A stretch of DNA of 64,000 nucleotides from Candidatus Poribacteria bacterium (lineage in GTDB: Bacteria; Poribacteria; WGA-4E; UBA9662): the NCBI GenBank assembly GCA_046582655.1, contig JAYGDX010000089.1, positions 1 to 64,000 of the forward strand, in the 5' to 3' direction. The translations under genes and the position numbers were made by a program. Below, piece by piece: positions 1 to 10,863 of this stretch (the first letter of the stretch is position 1; each line of letters starts with the position of its first letter). The notes below the pieces were generated by a model. It was not told the DNA's origin and did not search any database. It saw only the letters and a program-made list of their open reading frames with translations.

Positions 1-483
1 GATAAGTTGCTGGTTGGTATCTCATGGAAGAGTACAGGTATAGATCAAAAAAGAGCCAAGACAAAGAATGCGCCCTTAAAATACTGGACACCCATTCTGT
101 CACGAGAGGATTGTTATTTTATTAATCTGCAATACGGCGATGTCAGAGAGGAAATTGAGGAATATACATCCGCTAGTAGCTATCCGGTATACATAGATGA
201 AGAGATAGATTCATTGAGCAATTTAGATGATTTTGCGGCCCAAGTATCGGCGTTGGATTTAATTGTTTCCACCTCGAGCACAACGGTACATATGTCAGGA
301 GGATTGGGCAAAAAGGTTTGGGTTTTATTGTCATCTCGCCCGGACTGGAGATGGATGCTGGAGAGGGAAGACACGCCATGGTATCAGACAATGAGATTGT
401 TTAGGCAGGAAAAGGCAGGAGATTGGGAAAGAGTATTCCAACGTATTAGTTCTGCATTGGAACAAGATATAAAAAATGGCTAG
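1..483 (+). CDS. C-terminal part of a TPR/glycosyltransferase (GT9-like) protein, 5' truncated by the window edge
   Basis: Motifs LDLIVSTSSTTVHMSGGLG, PDWRWM and TPWY...LFRQ are typical of the C-terminus of TPR-GT9-like proteins. Confidence 0.7.
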   Translation, partial: DKLLVGISWKSTGIDQKRAKTKNAPLKYWTPILSREDCYFINLQYGDVREEIEEYTSASSYPVYIDEEIDSLSNLDDFAAQVSALDLIVSTSSTTVHMSGGLGKKVWVLLSSRPDWRWMLEREDTPWYQTMRLFRQEKAGDWERVFQRISSALEQDIKNG

Positions 484-600
484 AAATAGCAATATGTTCA
501 AGAGTTATTAACGTAACTCTTGATAATGTGACAGTTCTGATTACTGCAAGAATATTTATTCGTTTCCTGCCTGAATCGGAACCAACATAAGGTTTCCTAA

Positions 601-2097
601 CTATACTTCGCTAACCTCAACGTCCAAGTCACATATATCAGTTCTATCCGATATTAGTTTGGGTAGAAACAGGTCACGGGTCTCTACCAGTTTCTGATTC
701 CTTTGGATGAGATTCCGAGACAACTGGAAAATATCATTTACAATAGGATAGAAACGATCTAAAATGTCCCTAGATGGAACAATGATTAAAATTTGATTGA
801 GATTAACTTGGGTAATTTCCGGTTGCGCTGAACCTGTAATATAAGGTGAAATCTCAACATTAGAAAGGCACATATACAAAAAGTCCGTTGAAATGATATC
901 TCGACCAGTTAGAACATGTGCATGATCACTGACCCAAAATTTGCCACATGGACGCTGCAAAACGGGGTTACCTTCTTCTGTGACTACGGTACCATCCCCA
1001 CCAAGTAGTAGATAGTTATCATCAAACTGATAAACATTTACATAATCTAACACGTTGGCCGAACCATAGTAAGGAAAAGGACCTTGCATTTGAGTTCTTT
1101 GGGCTTTAGACAGCGGCTTTCTCTTATGATTATGATTTACCGATACATCTACTAGTTTTTTTACCTCCCAATTCTCAGGAATCTTACCTAACTCCGAATC
1201 CACCATCTTGACATTTTCATGACCAGGGAAACGGAAATGAATGAACCATTCCTGATAGATGGTCTGTGCCATCTCTTCCAGGATTCGGATGCGACGAGTG
1301 TTGTTATCAATCAAGGCATTGTATAGGATAAAATTCTCAATAATGTCTAATAAACGTTCAGGTATACAGACTCTCTCCAACAAAGTATCCAGGGAGACTA
1401 CTCCTGTCTCACCTTCGTTGCCGATATGTTTCCATTCGGCATAATATTCCTTACTGGCAGTGAGGCTACTTATACAACTATCCTCACCATTGGAGAAGAG
1501 GATTAAGGCATTGTACCAAAACAGCTGGGGGATGGTGTCTTTATAGTCGGTGATACTATCATTGTAGTCAGTCTGCAGATTTTGAATGATATTCTCAAAT
1601 TCAAACAACAACAACGGTAGGCCATTAACAAACCCAACCCCGTTAGGGCAACGGGTATAGAGATCACCCGAAACCCAAAACTGTGACACTAGAAACAAGT
1701 CGTTCTGTTCAGGTTGGGTCCAGTTGACGACCTTGACCACCTGCACTATCTCTGCATCAGTCTCTGCATCTTGGACAGTAACCTTAACTCCATCTTTCAG
1801 CAGTTGATAAATCTGACGGTTAGCCTCCATTATGCTGAGGCTCATACGGTACCGCGTTAACTCTTCAATAGCTAAGTCGATAGCTAAAGTCGGGGTTTTA
1901 GGATTCAGCGTCTCCATAGCCGAACGCAGCCTATCTTTCAGTACCACTTCCGACTTGTTCTCTCGTCCCAAATGACTTTGACCACCTTCAAACTCATCGA
2001 AGCAATTACGATGCTGCCAGCCCAAGGTCTCCAAAATCTGGATAACAGGGAGTTCAACCAGTTGGTCTTCGCTGTTTGGATTCAGCATAATATTCAC
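601..2097 (-). pseudogene. Chimeric type I R-M ORF: HsdR N-terminal domain (degenerate nuclease motif) fused in frame to the C-terminal half of HsdS
   Basis: aa 1-~258 resemble HsdR_N (SEDQLVELP, VNWTQPEQN, FVNGLPL, IPQLFWYN); from ~aa 259 the HsdS central conserved region LIDNNTRRIRILEEMAQTIYQEWF..FRFPGHE, one TRD (GSAQP) and RDLFLPKLIS follow. No helicase domain; PD..ExK reads PN..EFE. Confidence 0.75.
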
Positions 2098-2100
2098 TAA

Positions 2101-2180
2101 TTACACTCCACCAACCTCAATATTCAGGTCACAAGCATCAATCTGATCTGAGATTAGTTTGGGTAGGAGTAGGTCACAGT
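2101..2180 (-). pseudogene. 3' remnant of a second hsdS gene
   Basis: Minus strand reads NCDLLLPKLISDQIDACDLNIEVGGV*, paralogous to the ORF end RDLFLPKLISDRTDICDLDVEVSEV* at 601-680; both share ATTAGTTTGGGTAG. Confidence 0.7.
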
Positions 2181-2279
2181 TTTTTTATCTTCTAGGTTAT
2201 ACTAGTCTGAAGTTGAGAACCGGTGGAGAGTATTCCTGAAAAGTCAAGCTAGAATTAGACTTCAACTCATCCACAGTTT

Positions 2280-3080
2280 TCCATAATCCCTTTTCACTCT
2301 TACCGTGTGGAACTCAATATAAATCTTTTTTAATGATCGTCAGATTGCAGTTCGTATCTTCTTGACAAACCTAACGCGATTAGATCCGTTCCATCTCGCT
2401 AATTATAGTATAGTACCCACTTTAAATAAATTAATAAATCTCCCTCAACAGAGAAATATTTTTAATAGAGACTTGCCATCGTAGCCAGCGTTAGCAACCA
2501 GAAAAACCAACCATTGGAGATTATCAGCCAGAAGTGCATTTTCTGCCTCTGCGACAAGCAACTGAGCCACCGATTGTTCCACTTGGTTGGCTTTGGTTAA
2601 CGCCATCACTAAAGGGATGCCATCTCCAATAGCTAGCAGATGGAATTTGTAACCCAATAACCACTTTTGCTACGGTGGCCACAGATGGAAAGGTGATCCA
2701 GCACCTAAATCGGTAAGTCACTCATGTCCATTGACACTAACCTGATGCTGCTCTAGTGGAGCAGAGTTGGCAGAAATCTAAACACTTGCTGTTGCAAATC
2801 AAGGACCTAGAGTTCCATCGATAACAAAGGGTTCGGCTAGGTGGAACCTCACTTTTTCTGAGTTAACACAGATTCCTGAAGATTGGACAAAAGAGAGTTG
2901 ATTGACAATGCACTTGGTTCTGGTTCCTCCTGATCACGGTGGCCAGAAGTCTAATCAAAACCATCTGGCTAATCTGTGGAGCCGATATCAGACGATCTTA
3001 TTTCGCTTTTTCACCTCGGTTCCCAGTTTTGGCCAGTGTTTGAGTCATGACCTGTTTGACATCGGTTAACAGCTATTGTA
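2280..3080 (-). mobile_element. Degraded DDE transposase (IS5/IS982-like) remnant
   Basis: Minus-strand fragments in several frames: FVIDGTL, GYKFHLL..GIPL...LTKAN, ANAGYD, KKIRTAI; many stops and frameshifts; ends not defined. Confidence 0.6.
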
Positions 3081-3220
3081 TTCTATGCCATTGCTGGTTC
3101 CTATTTTGAATTTTGTCATGGATTAGAATACTCGAATTCAGTTGTAGCCAGCAACTCTTTTTATTTCTTGCCAACACTACTATTCCCTATCAAATTAATC
3201 ACATCCAAGGTACAAATGAT

Positions 3221-4087
3221 ATGTCATCTGAAGCCGAGTTGAGACTCGAAACTATGCCGAATCAAAAAAACAAGATCATACCGACTCAGGAACAATTGGA
3301 TGAGATTGCACGGGATCTCCGTTTTCATCCAAGTCAATGTCAAAATCCGATTGTCCTTACACAACATCAAGTAGAATCCTTTAACGAACTTGGCTATATA
3401 AAAGGTATTCAAATCTTTGATCAAGATGAGATTCTTGAATATAGAAAGCATTTTGATGTCTTGCTGGAGGAAGTCACCACCGCGGGTGGAGGCAGCTATT
3501 CGATCCTTTCTGCCCACTTAAAATATGGAAAGATCTACGATCTTCTTAGAGATCCCAGAATTGTATCCTACATTAAAGACTTGATAGGAGAAGATATTAT
3601 CGGTTGGGGAGCGCACTATTTCTGTAAGTTACCTGGTGACAATAAAATAGTTGCTTGGCATCAAGATGCCAGCTATTGGCCACTGACGCCATCCAAAACA
3701 GTGACAGTGTGGCTAGCCATAGACGATTCTGATGTTGAAAATGGCTGCATGCGTTTTATGGCTGGCTCTCACCAGTTTGGGCACTTAATGTATAAAAAAA
3801 GCGATCCTTCAGAAAATAACATCTTAAACCAAACTGTTGATAATGCAGAACAACATGGCAAACCAGTTGACGTAGAGCTACAGGCTGGTAGTATCTCAAT
3901 CCATTCGGATCTACTGCTACACAGTTCAAATACCAATAACTCCAATCGCAGACGATGTGGTCTAACTTTACGCTACTGTACTCCTGATGTTCGAGGTCAT
4001 TTGCATTGGAATGAAGAAGGAATTGTAGTTAGTGGCAAAGACAGATCAGGACATTGGGCGAATCCAGTTCGAACTCAAAATGACTGA
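3221..4087 (+). CDS. Phytanoyl-CoA dioxygenase (PhyH) family Fe(II)/2-oxoglutarate dioxygenase
   Basis: WHQDASYW (HxD), VWLAIDD..ENGCM, H...N.SNRRR; ATG at 3221 preferred over TTG at 3113. Confidence 0.9.
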   Translation: MSSEAELRLETMPNQKNKIIPTQEQLDEIARDLRFHPSQCQNPIVLTQHQVESFNELGYIKGIQIFDQDEILEYRKHFDVLLEEVTTAGGGSYSILSAHLKYGKIYDLLRDPRIVSYIKDLIGEDIIGWGAHYFCKLPGDNKIVAWHQDASYWPLTPSKTVTVWLAIDDSDVENGCMRFMAGSHQFGHLMYKKSDPSENNILNQTVDNAEQHGKPVDVELQAGSISIHSDLLLHSSNTNNSNRRRCGLTLRYCTPDVRGHLHWNEEGIVVSGKDRSGHWANPVRTQND

Positions 4088-4222
4088 ATCATACCTGCTT
4101 TTTGATTCTTAATTGGATAAATTTCTACAGACCTTTCTGCATACCATAGAGAAGTTCTACAAGATATGTATCTCGACTTGAAAAGCTTGTCTGCTTAGCA
4201 TCTCCTGAGATTTTTAAAACGT

Positions 4223-4252
4223 TTGACTTTCATTTTCAGCCTGCGATATAAT
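4223..4252 (+). promoter_or_regulatory. Sigma70-type promoter for the gcvT-like operon
   Basis: TTGACT (4223-4228), 18-bp spacer, TATAAT (4247-4252); favours the GTG start at 4299. Confidence 0.55.
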
Positions 4253-4298
4253 CATGCTGTCAGGCAAGATACCACCTACGCAATGTACTGGATGCTCC

Positions 4299-5381
4299 GT
4301 GAGAAAAACTGCCCTTTACGAACAACATAAGCTGCTCGGTGCGAGCTTTGAGCAGATGTATGACGGTTGGTCCTTAGTTTCCCACTATAACGACTCAGCA
4401 CAGGAGCATCTTGCTGTTCGAAATGGTATTGGTATCATTGACGTATCACATCGAGGGAGGCTACGGTTAACAGGTACAGAACGAGCAGAATATCTTCATC
4501 GCATTGTGTCAAATGAAGTAACTCAGCTCCCGTCTGGAAGCGGAAATTACGCGATGATCCTTACCAATCGAGGAAAAATAATCGCTGATATGGATGTAAT
4601 CGTTGCTGAGGATTACATTGACCTCATCACCAATGCGGTAACCAAGGAAGTCCTGTATCAGAATCTGGACAAATACCTGATTGCTGACGATGTCGAAATC
4701 ACTGACATTACCGCAGAAACAGGTATTATTTTAATTTCCGGTACGAATTCGGAATTGTTCATTAAAGAACTTCTTGAAGCTGATGTTGGTAATCTAGAAG
4801 AGTACCAAAGTATAGATGGGAAAATCGCAGGTCTATCAGTGAAATGTGTATGCGGGTTAGAAACTGGGGAAATTGGATTTCAATTGCACGTTAATTCAAC
4901 ATCGGAGCTTTCGGATCTATGGCGGATCCTGATGACTGAAAGGAGAGATTTTGAGGTCATTCCGGTTGGCCTAAAAGCTTTAAATTCACTTCGGATAGAG
5001 GCAGGAATCCCTCGATTTGGGAATGAGCTTGATGATTCTATTATTCCGCTTGAAGCAGAGTTGGAAAAAGCAATTGATTTCGAGAAAGGGTGTTACATCG
5101 GTCAAGAAATTATTGCCAGAATGAAATATCGTGGTCATACAAACCGTCTGTTACGCGGAATTGAAATTGATTCCGAGGATCTGCCAAATGAGAAAACAGC
5201 AATCTATAGTGGAGAAAAGCAGATTGGTTATGTTACTAGCGCGGTTAAATCTCCAACTTTAAATAAAGTTATTGCCCTTGGTTATGTCCGGACAGCTTTT
5301 ACCGAGCATGGTAGCGAGGTGAAAATTAAAACCGAAAATGGATGGGTAAATGCAACAGTTTCGTCATTGCCTTTTTATTGA
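4299..5381 (+). CDS. Aminomethyltransferase family protein (GcvT/YgfZ-like, folate-binding)
   Basis: KTALYEQH...GA, DVSHRG, LRIEAG.P..G.E, KGCYIGQE (YgfZ signature), GYVTS..SP. Confidence 0.85.
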   Translation: MRKTALYEQHKLLGASFEQMYDGWSLVSHYNDSAQEHLAVRNGIGIIDVSHRGRLRLTGTERAEYLHRIVSNEVTQLPSGSGNYAMILTNRGKIIADMDVIVAEDYIDLITNAVTKEVLYQNLDKYLIADDVEITDITAETGIILISGTNSELFIKELLEADVGNLEEYQSIDGKIAGLSVKCVCGLETGEIGFQLHVNSTSELSDLWRILMTERRDFEVIPVGLKALNSLRIEAGIPRFGNELDDSIIPLEAELEKAIDFEKGCYIGQEIIARMKYRGHTNRLLRGIEIDSEDLPNEKTAIYSGEKQIGYVTSAVKSPTLNKVIALGYVRTAFTEHGSEVKIKTENGWVNATVSSLPFY

Positions 5382-5440
5382 AAAAGCATGATCTCATTCA
5401 ACAGTTATTTATAATCTTTTGTTTGCAGGAGTAGATACCA

Positions 5441-5680
5441 ATGATGGATTCTAAGTTGAAAAAGATACAGGTTACACCACTAAAATTTGACAAAGAAGGC
5501 GAGGTACAAAAAGAAGAGTTCGCCACAATCACGCTTGAAGTTCCTCTTGACAGTCGGTCGCAAAGAGAAGAGATGATTAAGTTATTCGACCTTCTGACAG
5601 CGGAGTGGGTTAAACTTGAAATTACCGATGGAAAAGTGAAATCTCTTTTTGATGAGTCACAACCTAGCGCACTGGTGTAA
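5441..5680 (+). CDS. Hypothetical protein (79 aa)
   Basis: AGGAG RBS upstream; stop overlaps the next ATG (TAATG). Confidence 0.7.
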   Translation: MMDSKLKKIQVTPLKFDKEGEVQKEEFATITLEVPLDSRSQREEMIKLFDLLTAEWVKLEITDGKVKSLFDESQPSALV

Positions 5681-6819
5681 TGAAAAATTATCTGTTTGCT
5701 CCGGGACCAACGCCAATTCCTACTGAAACCCTACTCGCAATGGCTTCGCCTATTGATTATCATCGAGCTAGTGAGTCAGTGGAACTGATTGGCAATGTAA
5801 CGGCGAAATTGAAATATGTTTTTCAAACTAATAACGATGTAATGATACTTACCTCATCTGGTACAGGCGCTATGGAAGCGATTATCACTAATCTCCTGTC
5901 GTCAGACGATCGAGTAACTGTGATTCGTAGTGGGAAATTCGGTGAACGCTGGGGTGAAATTTGTGCTGCATACGGAATTCAACTTGATCCTATAAACATT
6001 GAATGGGGGAGGTCGGTCGATCCTCAGCAGGTTGAAGATCAACTAAATCGATATCCGGAGACCAAAGCTGTTTTGGCGACACTATGTGAAACGTCGACCG
6101 GAGCCTTACATGATATTAAAACGTTGGGCGATATTATCCAGGATAGTCAAACGCTATTGGTGGTTGACGCAGTCAGTGCCCTATGCGCCGACGATTTACA
6201 GATGGACAATTGGAGTGTTGATGCTGTTGTCTCGTGTTCACACAAAGGGTTGATGACACCACCTGGACTTGGTCTGGTATCATTAAGTGATCAAGCATGG
6301 AAAGCAACCAAGAGTTCTGATTTGCCGAAATTCTATTTCGACCTGCGTCAAGCCCGAGATGCTGGAAACAGAGGATCAACGCCATATACTCCAGCTATTA
6401 CGTTCATCAAAGCCTTGGACCAAGCACTGGATCATATTCATCAGGAGAAGATCGAAAATGTGCTAGAACGTCATGCTTACTTGGCACAGGCAACCAGAGG
6501 TGCAGTAAAAGCCATGGGCTTGAAGCTTTTTGCCCAAGACCCGGCCAATACCTTGACTTCAATTTGTCTGCCTAACAGGGTTGATGGTCAGGCGCTAGTG
6601 GAGATGATCCGCAACCGACACGGGGTAACTTATGCAGGGGGACAAGCAAAGTTAAAAGGCAAAATTATTCGTATTGCCCATCTTGGTTGGGTATGCGAAC
6701 ATGATATGATTGTCGCGATTTCCACCTTGGAACGAGGTCTTTCTGAAGTTGGATATAATCTTACACTTGGATCCGGTTTAGCCGCTGCGCAGGAAGTGTT
6801 TAGGAATAGCCAACCATGA
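5680..6819 (+). CDS. Class V PLP aminotransferase (alanine-glyoxylate/serine-pyruvate type)
   Basis: PGPTP, SSGTGAME, ETSTG, VVDAVS, SHKGL..PPG, RIAHLG. Confidence 0.9.
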   Translation: MKNYLFAPGPTPIPTETLLAMASPIDYHRASESVELIGNVTAKLKYVFQTNNDVMILTSSGTGAMEAIITNLLSSDDRVTVIRSGKFGERWGEICAAYGIQLDPINIEWGRSVDPQQVEDQLNRYPETKAVLATLCETSTGALHDIKTLGDIIQDSQTLLVVDAVSALCADDLQMDNWSVDAVVSCSHKGLMTPPGLGLVSLSDQAWKATKSSDLPKFYFDLRQARDAGNRGSTPYTPAITFIKALDQALDHIHQEKIENVLERHAYLAQATRGAVKAMGLKLFAQDPANTLTSICLPNRVDGQALVEMIRNRHGVTYAGGQAKLKGKIIRIAHLGWVCEHDMIVAISTLERGLSEVGYNLTLGSGLAAAQEVFRNSQP

Positions 6820-7268
6820 ACACAGAAAACGTCAATGCACCCAATGAACGCGTTGACCAATTCAAAGATTATCTTGATACCCAAGGATTAAGGTTAACTC
6901 AAGAAAGACTCACCATCTTGGATCAGGTTTTTAACACGGATACTCATTTTCGTCCAGACGATCTGCTGGTTTGGATGCGACAGGCCGGTTACAAAACATC
7001 CAAAGCAACCATCTATCGCACTTTGCCACTTTTGATCAAAAGTGGAATTTTAACCGAAGTCATTGATGCCAATAATCAAACTCAATATGAGTACATCGGC
7101 AACATAGAAGAACATGCACATCTGATTTGCGTTCAATGTGGAAAAATCACTGAGAGCAGAGTACCAGAAATCATTAAACAAAAAAATGATCTCTGTAAGA
7201 AATTCAATTTTCATCCCATAAAATTCAGAAACGAAATTATTGGTGTTTGTTCCGAATGTAGAGGATAA
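6816..7268 (+). CDS. Fur-family transcriptional regulator
   Basis: LRLTQER, ATIYRTL, HAHLICVQCG and C-terminal CSEC. Confidence 0.9.
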   Translation: MNTENVNAPNERVDQFKDYLDTQGLRLTQERLTILDQVFNTDTHFRPDDLLVWMRQAGYKTSKATIYRTLPLLIKSGILTEVIDANNQTQYEYIGNIEEHAHLICVQCGKITESRVPEIIKQKNDLCKKFNFHPIKFRNEIIGVCSECRG

Positions 7269-7306
7269 ACGCTATTTTAGCTGCCTCCCCAATTCTTCCT
7301 CTCAAC

Positions 7307-8572
7307 TTAGTCGATGTAGCCAAGGTTCCGCAACCGATTCTCAAGAATTTCTGTCTCTTCGTTGCTAGTCTCTTGATGCTGCAGATGCTGGTAACGAGAG
7401 TTGATTAACAATTCATCGTACTTGAATTTAAAAGTAGCTGGATCCTCACAGGGAAGGCCCGTTCCGCTCGCCACTTCGCGCACTGTATAATTACCATCCT
7501 GTTCATTTTCTCGATAGAATATTTTGCCATCGGTCAGCGTCCACAACCGGCAACCTTTGGGATCCTTCGAGATTTCCTGATCGTCAATTTTGAGTCGAGA
7601 AGTTACTCGGCGATGGGCGGTTTCCAGATTGGATGGTTTGAGAAACCCAACACCGTACAAACTGTCTAGTTCTGTCAATACCCATCTATCCTGAAACTCT
7701 TTCGGATCTCCCAATAAATCGCGACCATACCCGTCATAGTTGATGTCGAGCCCCGCCAGATTAAGAATTGTTGGAAACAGATCTATCATTGAAACTGGTG
7801 CAGCCTTTGGAAAAGCAAGTTGGTCGACTTTCGGTATATTAGCTAGGAGAGGCACTCGAATCACATTCTGATGGAGGTTATCTCCATGTGCCATAACTTC
7901 ATCACAGAATCCCTCACCATGATCACCAAAAATGAAAATCGCCCACTCGTCAAGAGAAAGCGATTTCAGTACTTCTACCAACATGAATTCTAGTGCATGG
8001 GTTACCGCAGCATAATAAAATTGCAGTGCTTCCTCCGTTTTGCCTTGGTTCACCAGTTGCTGTAGATTCGGTGAGGCCCGGACTCCGCCCAGACCATAAC
8101 CACCGTGCGTGTACCAGATGTGCAGGAAACAGAACTGCGGTGATTCCTCAGGTGATTTTAGCGCATCCAGAAAATTTTCAAGAGATCCCAAATGCTGTTG
8201 TCTCGCATCCGGATCGAGCAGAGTAATATAGGGCTCGAAATCCAGAAATCGAAATACATCTGGTCGTTGAGATCTACCCAACGTACGGTAACCTGCTTGA
8301 TCAAAGATCTGGAAGAGGTTTTGAATCTGATCAAACATTTTCAGGTAGGTTTGCCCGTAAAGACCGTGTTCAAATGGATAAAGTCCGGTGAAGAGTGAGG
8401 TATGAGAGGGTCTTGTGGCGGGTGCTGTGACAAAAAAACGGTCAGCAAAAGAGAAATCCTGTGTAACCAAGTCGAATTTAGGTGTACGTAATGTTGGGTT
8501 AGTTCGACTGAGAGCATCATACCGCCAACAGTCAATTGAAATCAGCAAAAATTTATCGACGCGATTTTCCAT
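7307..8572 (-). CDS. Sulfatase-like / alkaline phosphatase superfamily hydrolase
   Basis: LLISIDCWRYD, TRPSHTSLFTGLYP..HG, GDHGE, VPL, DLFPTIL, RLRNLGYI. Confidence 0.85.
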   Translation of the reverse strand: MENRVDKFLLISIDCWRYDALSRTNPTLRTPKFDLVTQDFSFADRFFVTAPATRPSHTSLFTGLYPFEHGLYGQTYLKMFDQIQNLFQIFDQAGYRTLGRSQRPDVFRFLDFEPYITLLDPDARQQHLGSLENFLDALKSPEESPQFCFLHIWYTHGGYGLGGVRASPNLQQLVNQGKTEEALQFYYAAVTHALEFMLVEVLKSLSLDEWAIFIFGDHGEGFCDEVMAHGDNLHQNVIRVPLLANIPKVDQLAFPKAAPVSMIDLFPTILNLAGLDINYDGYGRDLLGDPKEFQDRWVLTELDSLYGVGFLKPSNLETAHRRVTSRLKIDDQEISKDPKGCRLWTLTDGKIFYRENEQDGNYTVREVASGTGLPCEDPATFKFKYDELLINSRYQHLQHQETSNEETEILENRLRNLGYID

Positions 8573-8597
8573 GTGGAGTGTCCTGAGATTGTTATGC

Positions 8598-10001
8598 TTA
8601 GTCTATTAAACGTGTGTTATATTGGCGTGAGGTATGATGGTAACCACTGAAAACCTGCGGATCAATCGGGGCAGGAGTGTATATGTAAACAGCATCACTA
8701 TAAGGATCATAAAGAATCACTTCTTCACGTGCATCTCCACATACATTAGCGGGAAAGCAATGATACCAACCCATTTTGCCACCAGTAGCAGGCGGTAAAT
8801 CAGGAAAGGTTACAGCTTTCCTTCCACGACTGTCATAAAGAGCCGCCGGACTGTAAATCAGCTCTATTTGGTGATCGCCATTCCAGCGGATAATTTCTAG
8901 TCCGGTATTGTTCGGTGATTCGTCAACTTGAAAACGTGTTCTGACTCTGCCAGTATTGTCGACAACCATCAAGTTGGGTGTGTGGCCATCATAGCGAATA
9001 ACCATGTCCAGACCAGTTGAGTTAGGGAAGACATTGCCACATCGGATTTCCTGTCCGTGTGGGATCATTTCTAAGCCAAGTTTGAACAACTGAAAGCCAT
9101 TAGCATCAAGAACCTGACCTCCAGCCGAGAGAATTGCTTCTTTTCCGTCGTCTGGATTACCATCCCAGTCTTCAACGAGAACGGCATCCATATTGTCACC
9201 GAGATACTTCTCCCAGATAACCGTTCCGTCATGGTCTAACCCAAAGTGTCCACCATTGACTTCATCTCTGCCATCCCCATCAAGATCTCCGACTGCCGGT
9301 ATATAGGCAGAATGTTTGGGGTATTGATACCATTTGTTTTGATATTGCCATAAAATTTCGAGTTGATGGTTAAAAGCAATAATATCATTACCAAGTTTTA
9401 CAACAAAATCCTGAGGGTGTCGATTGCCAGAGAAATTCGCAATCATCAGTCGGTGGTGTGCATAATTGGAAATATGCAAATCACCATCGACATAAGCGCT
9501 GCAACCTTTCAACTGATCAGGAGATGCCTTACACTTAACCTGTCCAGTCTTACCATCCAAAATAAGGAGATCCATGCCTTCCATAGTCCATTTACTGGTG
9601 GGCTTACCTTGTTGAAGATCTTCGTTAACATAGAGGCAGATTACTTCAGTTTGACCATCTTGATCAATATCGTATAATGCTACAGGGCCGGGGCGGTCAG
9701 GAGACAGTGTATGATGGTGGTCATTGCTGTCGGTATCCGGAGTAGTTAAGTCTTTATCACCCACTGACCAGATCGGACTTCCATCCATAGTAAAGGTTCC
9801 GATAAAAGACGGTTTCATGCCACCCAGCGATTTATAGACTAGAAAATCGACCTCACCATTTCCTGTTAAATCCCCGATGCGTATATCCCCACCCCACCTT
9901 CGTCCAGATGGATCTACAGACAAAAAATCATTCGGGATAGCTACCCTGCTATAGAGTATAGCTGAAGCAGTTTTGACAGATGAATTTTCTGGTGTTGGCA
10001 T
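8598..10001 (-). CDS. FG-GAP/beta-propeller protein, rhamnogalacturonan lyase family 11-like
   Basis: Repeated Ca-binding motifs GDLTGNGEVD, YDIDQDGQTE, GDLDGDGRDE, ANVCGDAREE. Confidence 0.6.
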   Translation of the reverse strand: MPTPENSSVKTASAILYSRVAIPNDFLSVDPSGRRWGGDIRIGDLTGNGEVDFLVYKSLGGMKPSFIGTFTMDGSPIWSVGDKDLTTPDTDSNDHHHTLSPDRPGPVALYDIDQDGQTEVICLYVNEDLQQGKPTSKWTMEGMDLLILDGKTGQVKCKASPDQLKGCSAYVDGDLHISNYAHHRLMIANFSGNRHPQDFVVKLGNDIIAFNHQLEILWQYQNKWYQYPKHSAYIPAVGDLDGDGRDEVNGGHFGLDHDGTVIWEKYLGDNMDAVLVEDWDGNPDDGKEAILSAGGQVLDANGFQLFKLGLEMIPHGQEIRCGNVFPNSTGLDMVIRYDGHTPNLMVVDNTGRVRTRFQVDESPNNTGLEIIRWNGDHQIELIYSPAALYDSRGRKAVTFPDLPPATGGKMGWYHCFPANVCGDAREEVILYDPYSDAVYIYTPAPIDPQVFSGYHHTSRQYNTRLID

Positions 10002-10863
10002 TGCGAAGCCTCAATTATTTCGTACTCACCCTCAGTGAATGATACGAAAGCAGGAAATATTTACTGCACGATTCCAACATTATATCAAGCAATACAGGTT
10101 TGTCCAACTGTTTGGCAGAATGAGCCTAGTTGATGCTATATATGTGCTGGCAGGCCAGATTAACTAAGCCCACAATTACTTCTTTATTCAATTCTCATAA
10201 GGGAACACAAAAAATATAATAGAATTGTCATCCCAAAAACAATTTAATATCCAATCATTTAACTTCATCTGCTATGAACTGCCAGCTGCCGTGTTATGTG
10301 AATTTTTGTTTCTAACTTTTCTCGATTATGTTACTGAATTAATCATGGACAAGCCAAACTTCTCATTGTCCACTTTACAAAACGAACATCATTTGATATA
10401 CCGATTTACCGTTTCCAGTTCTGCATGTATCGTCATTATTCAGTGTATTCTTTATTTGATTTATTTGAATGGTTGGAAACGAACGCATGAATTTAGCTTA
10501 TGGGAAATGTACTACTCAACCGATCAGACACTTTTAGAAACGATATTGAGGCTTAAACTCAATAATAAGATCAAAGGATAGTTTGAAAATCCCAGGCCTT
10601 ATTAAGGATGTGTTTGCTAAAATAGATAAAAAAATATGATTACTTTGGCAAAGCTAAAAAATGTTTAGCGATATTTGTGCTGACTATCATTACCTTTTGA
10701 TGCCAGAATGTACTACCGATGTTTAGGTATCTAGTATGAAAAGAGAATACATTTTGGAGGTGGAGATCTTGAAGAAAAGAGAACTTGATATCTGGCACAT
10801 ATGTGAAGTCAACAACATAATGACAACATCGCACCCTAACGAATTTAAGGAGAACTTGACCCT

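Noticed and set aside
2204..2268. TCTGAAGTTGAG and its non-reversed complement AGACTTCAACTC about 50 bp apart
   Set aside because: Not a true inverted repeat, so it cannot form a hairpin; short and in decayed DNA, so likely chance.
10225..10581. 118-aa ORF in an AT-rich spacer
   Set aside because: No recognisable motif or RBS, TTG start; probably spurious or decayed sequence.
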